NCBI RefSeq assembly: GCF_006345805.1
Contig: NC_043020.1
Coordinates: forward strand, 14,074,001-14,138,000
Direction of reading: 5' to 3'
Origin: Octopus sinensis
Lineage: Eukaryota
Length of the DNA: 64,000 nucleotides
Shown here: one piece after another, positions 63,934 through 64,000 of the stretch
Numbering within the stretch: the stretch's first letter is position 1
Layout of the letters: every line of letters begins with the position of its first letter
Made by a program: the position numbers and the translations under genes
Notes under the pieces: model-generated
Database searches by the model: none
What the model saw: only the letters and a program-made list of their open reading frames with translations
Told to the model about the DNA's origin: nothing

Positions 63934-64000
63934 TATAGACAGATAGATACACATACGCATGATTTTTTTGTTTTAGCCATAGAAAGAACACTGCTTGACC

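Overview
Repeat-dense, AT-rich animal genomic DNA. The SINE families and (TA)n/(CA)n content look like Octopus (coleoid cephalopod); this is pattern recognition, not a database hit. Only one host coding exon is supported: the first kinase-domain exon of MAPKAPK2 (MK2) on the minus strand (22677-22820), with canonical splice signals and a probable short 5'-UTR exon and promoter just upstream. Bases 1-22676 therefore appear intronic (no further MK2 exon found), and 23.5-64 kb is upstream or intergenic. The rest is mobile-element debris: more than 20 copies of a CORE-like tRNA SINE; a second SINE that forms TSD-flanked tandem multimers; other modular SINEs; decayed LINEs (CR1/L2-like, RTE, CRE); Penelope-like repeats with degenerate hammerhead-ribozyme cores; non-autonomous Helitrons; and piggyBac, hAT, mariner, GG-terminated 8-bp-TSD and Kolobok-like MITEs, often nested. 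Almost all ORFs in the supplied track are microsatellite or SINE artefacts. I found no convincing novel gene system. The most unusual signals are the SINE concatemers, the hammerhead relics and the MITE cluster at 36.7-44.6 kb.
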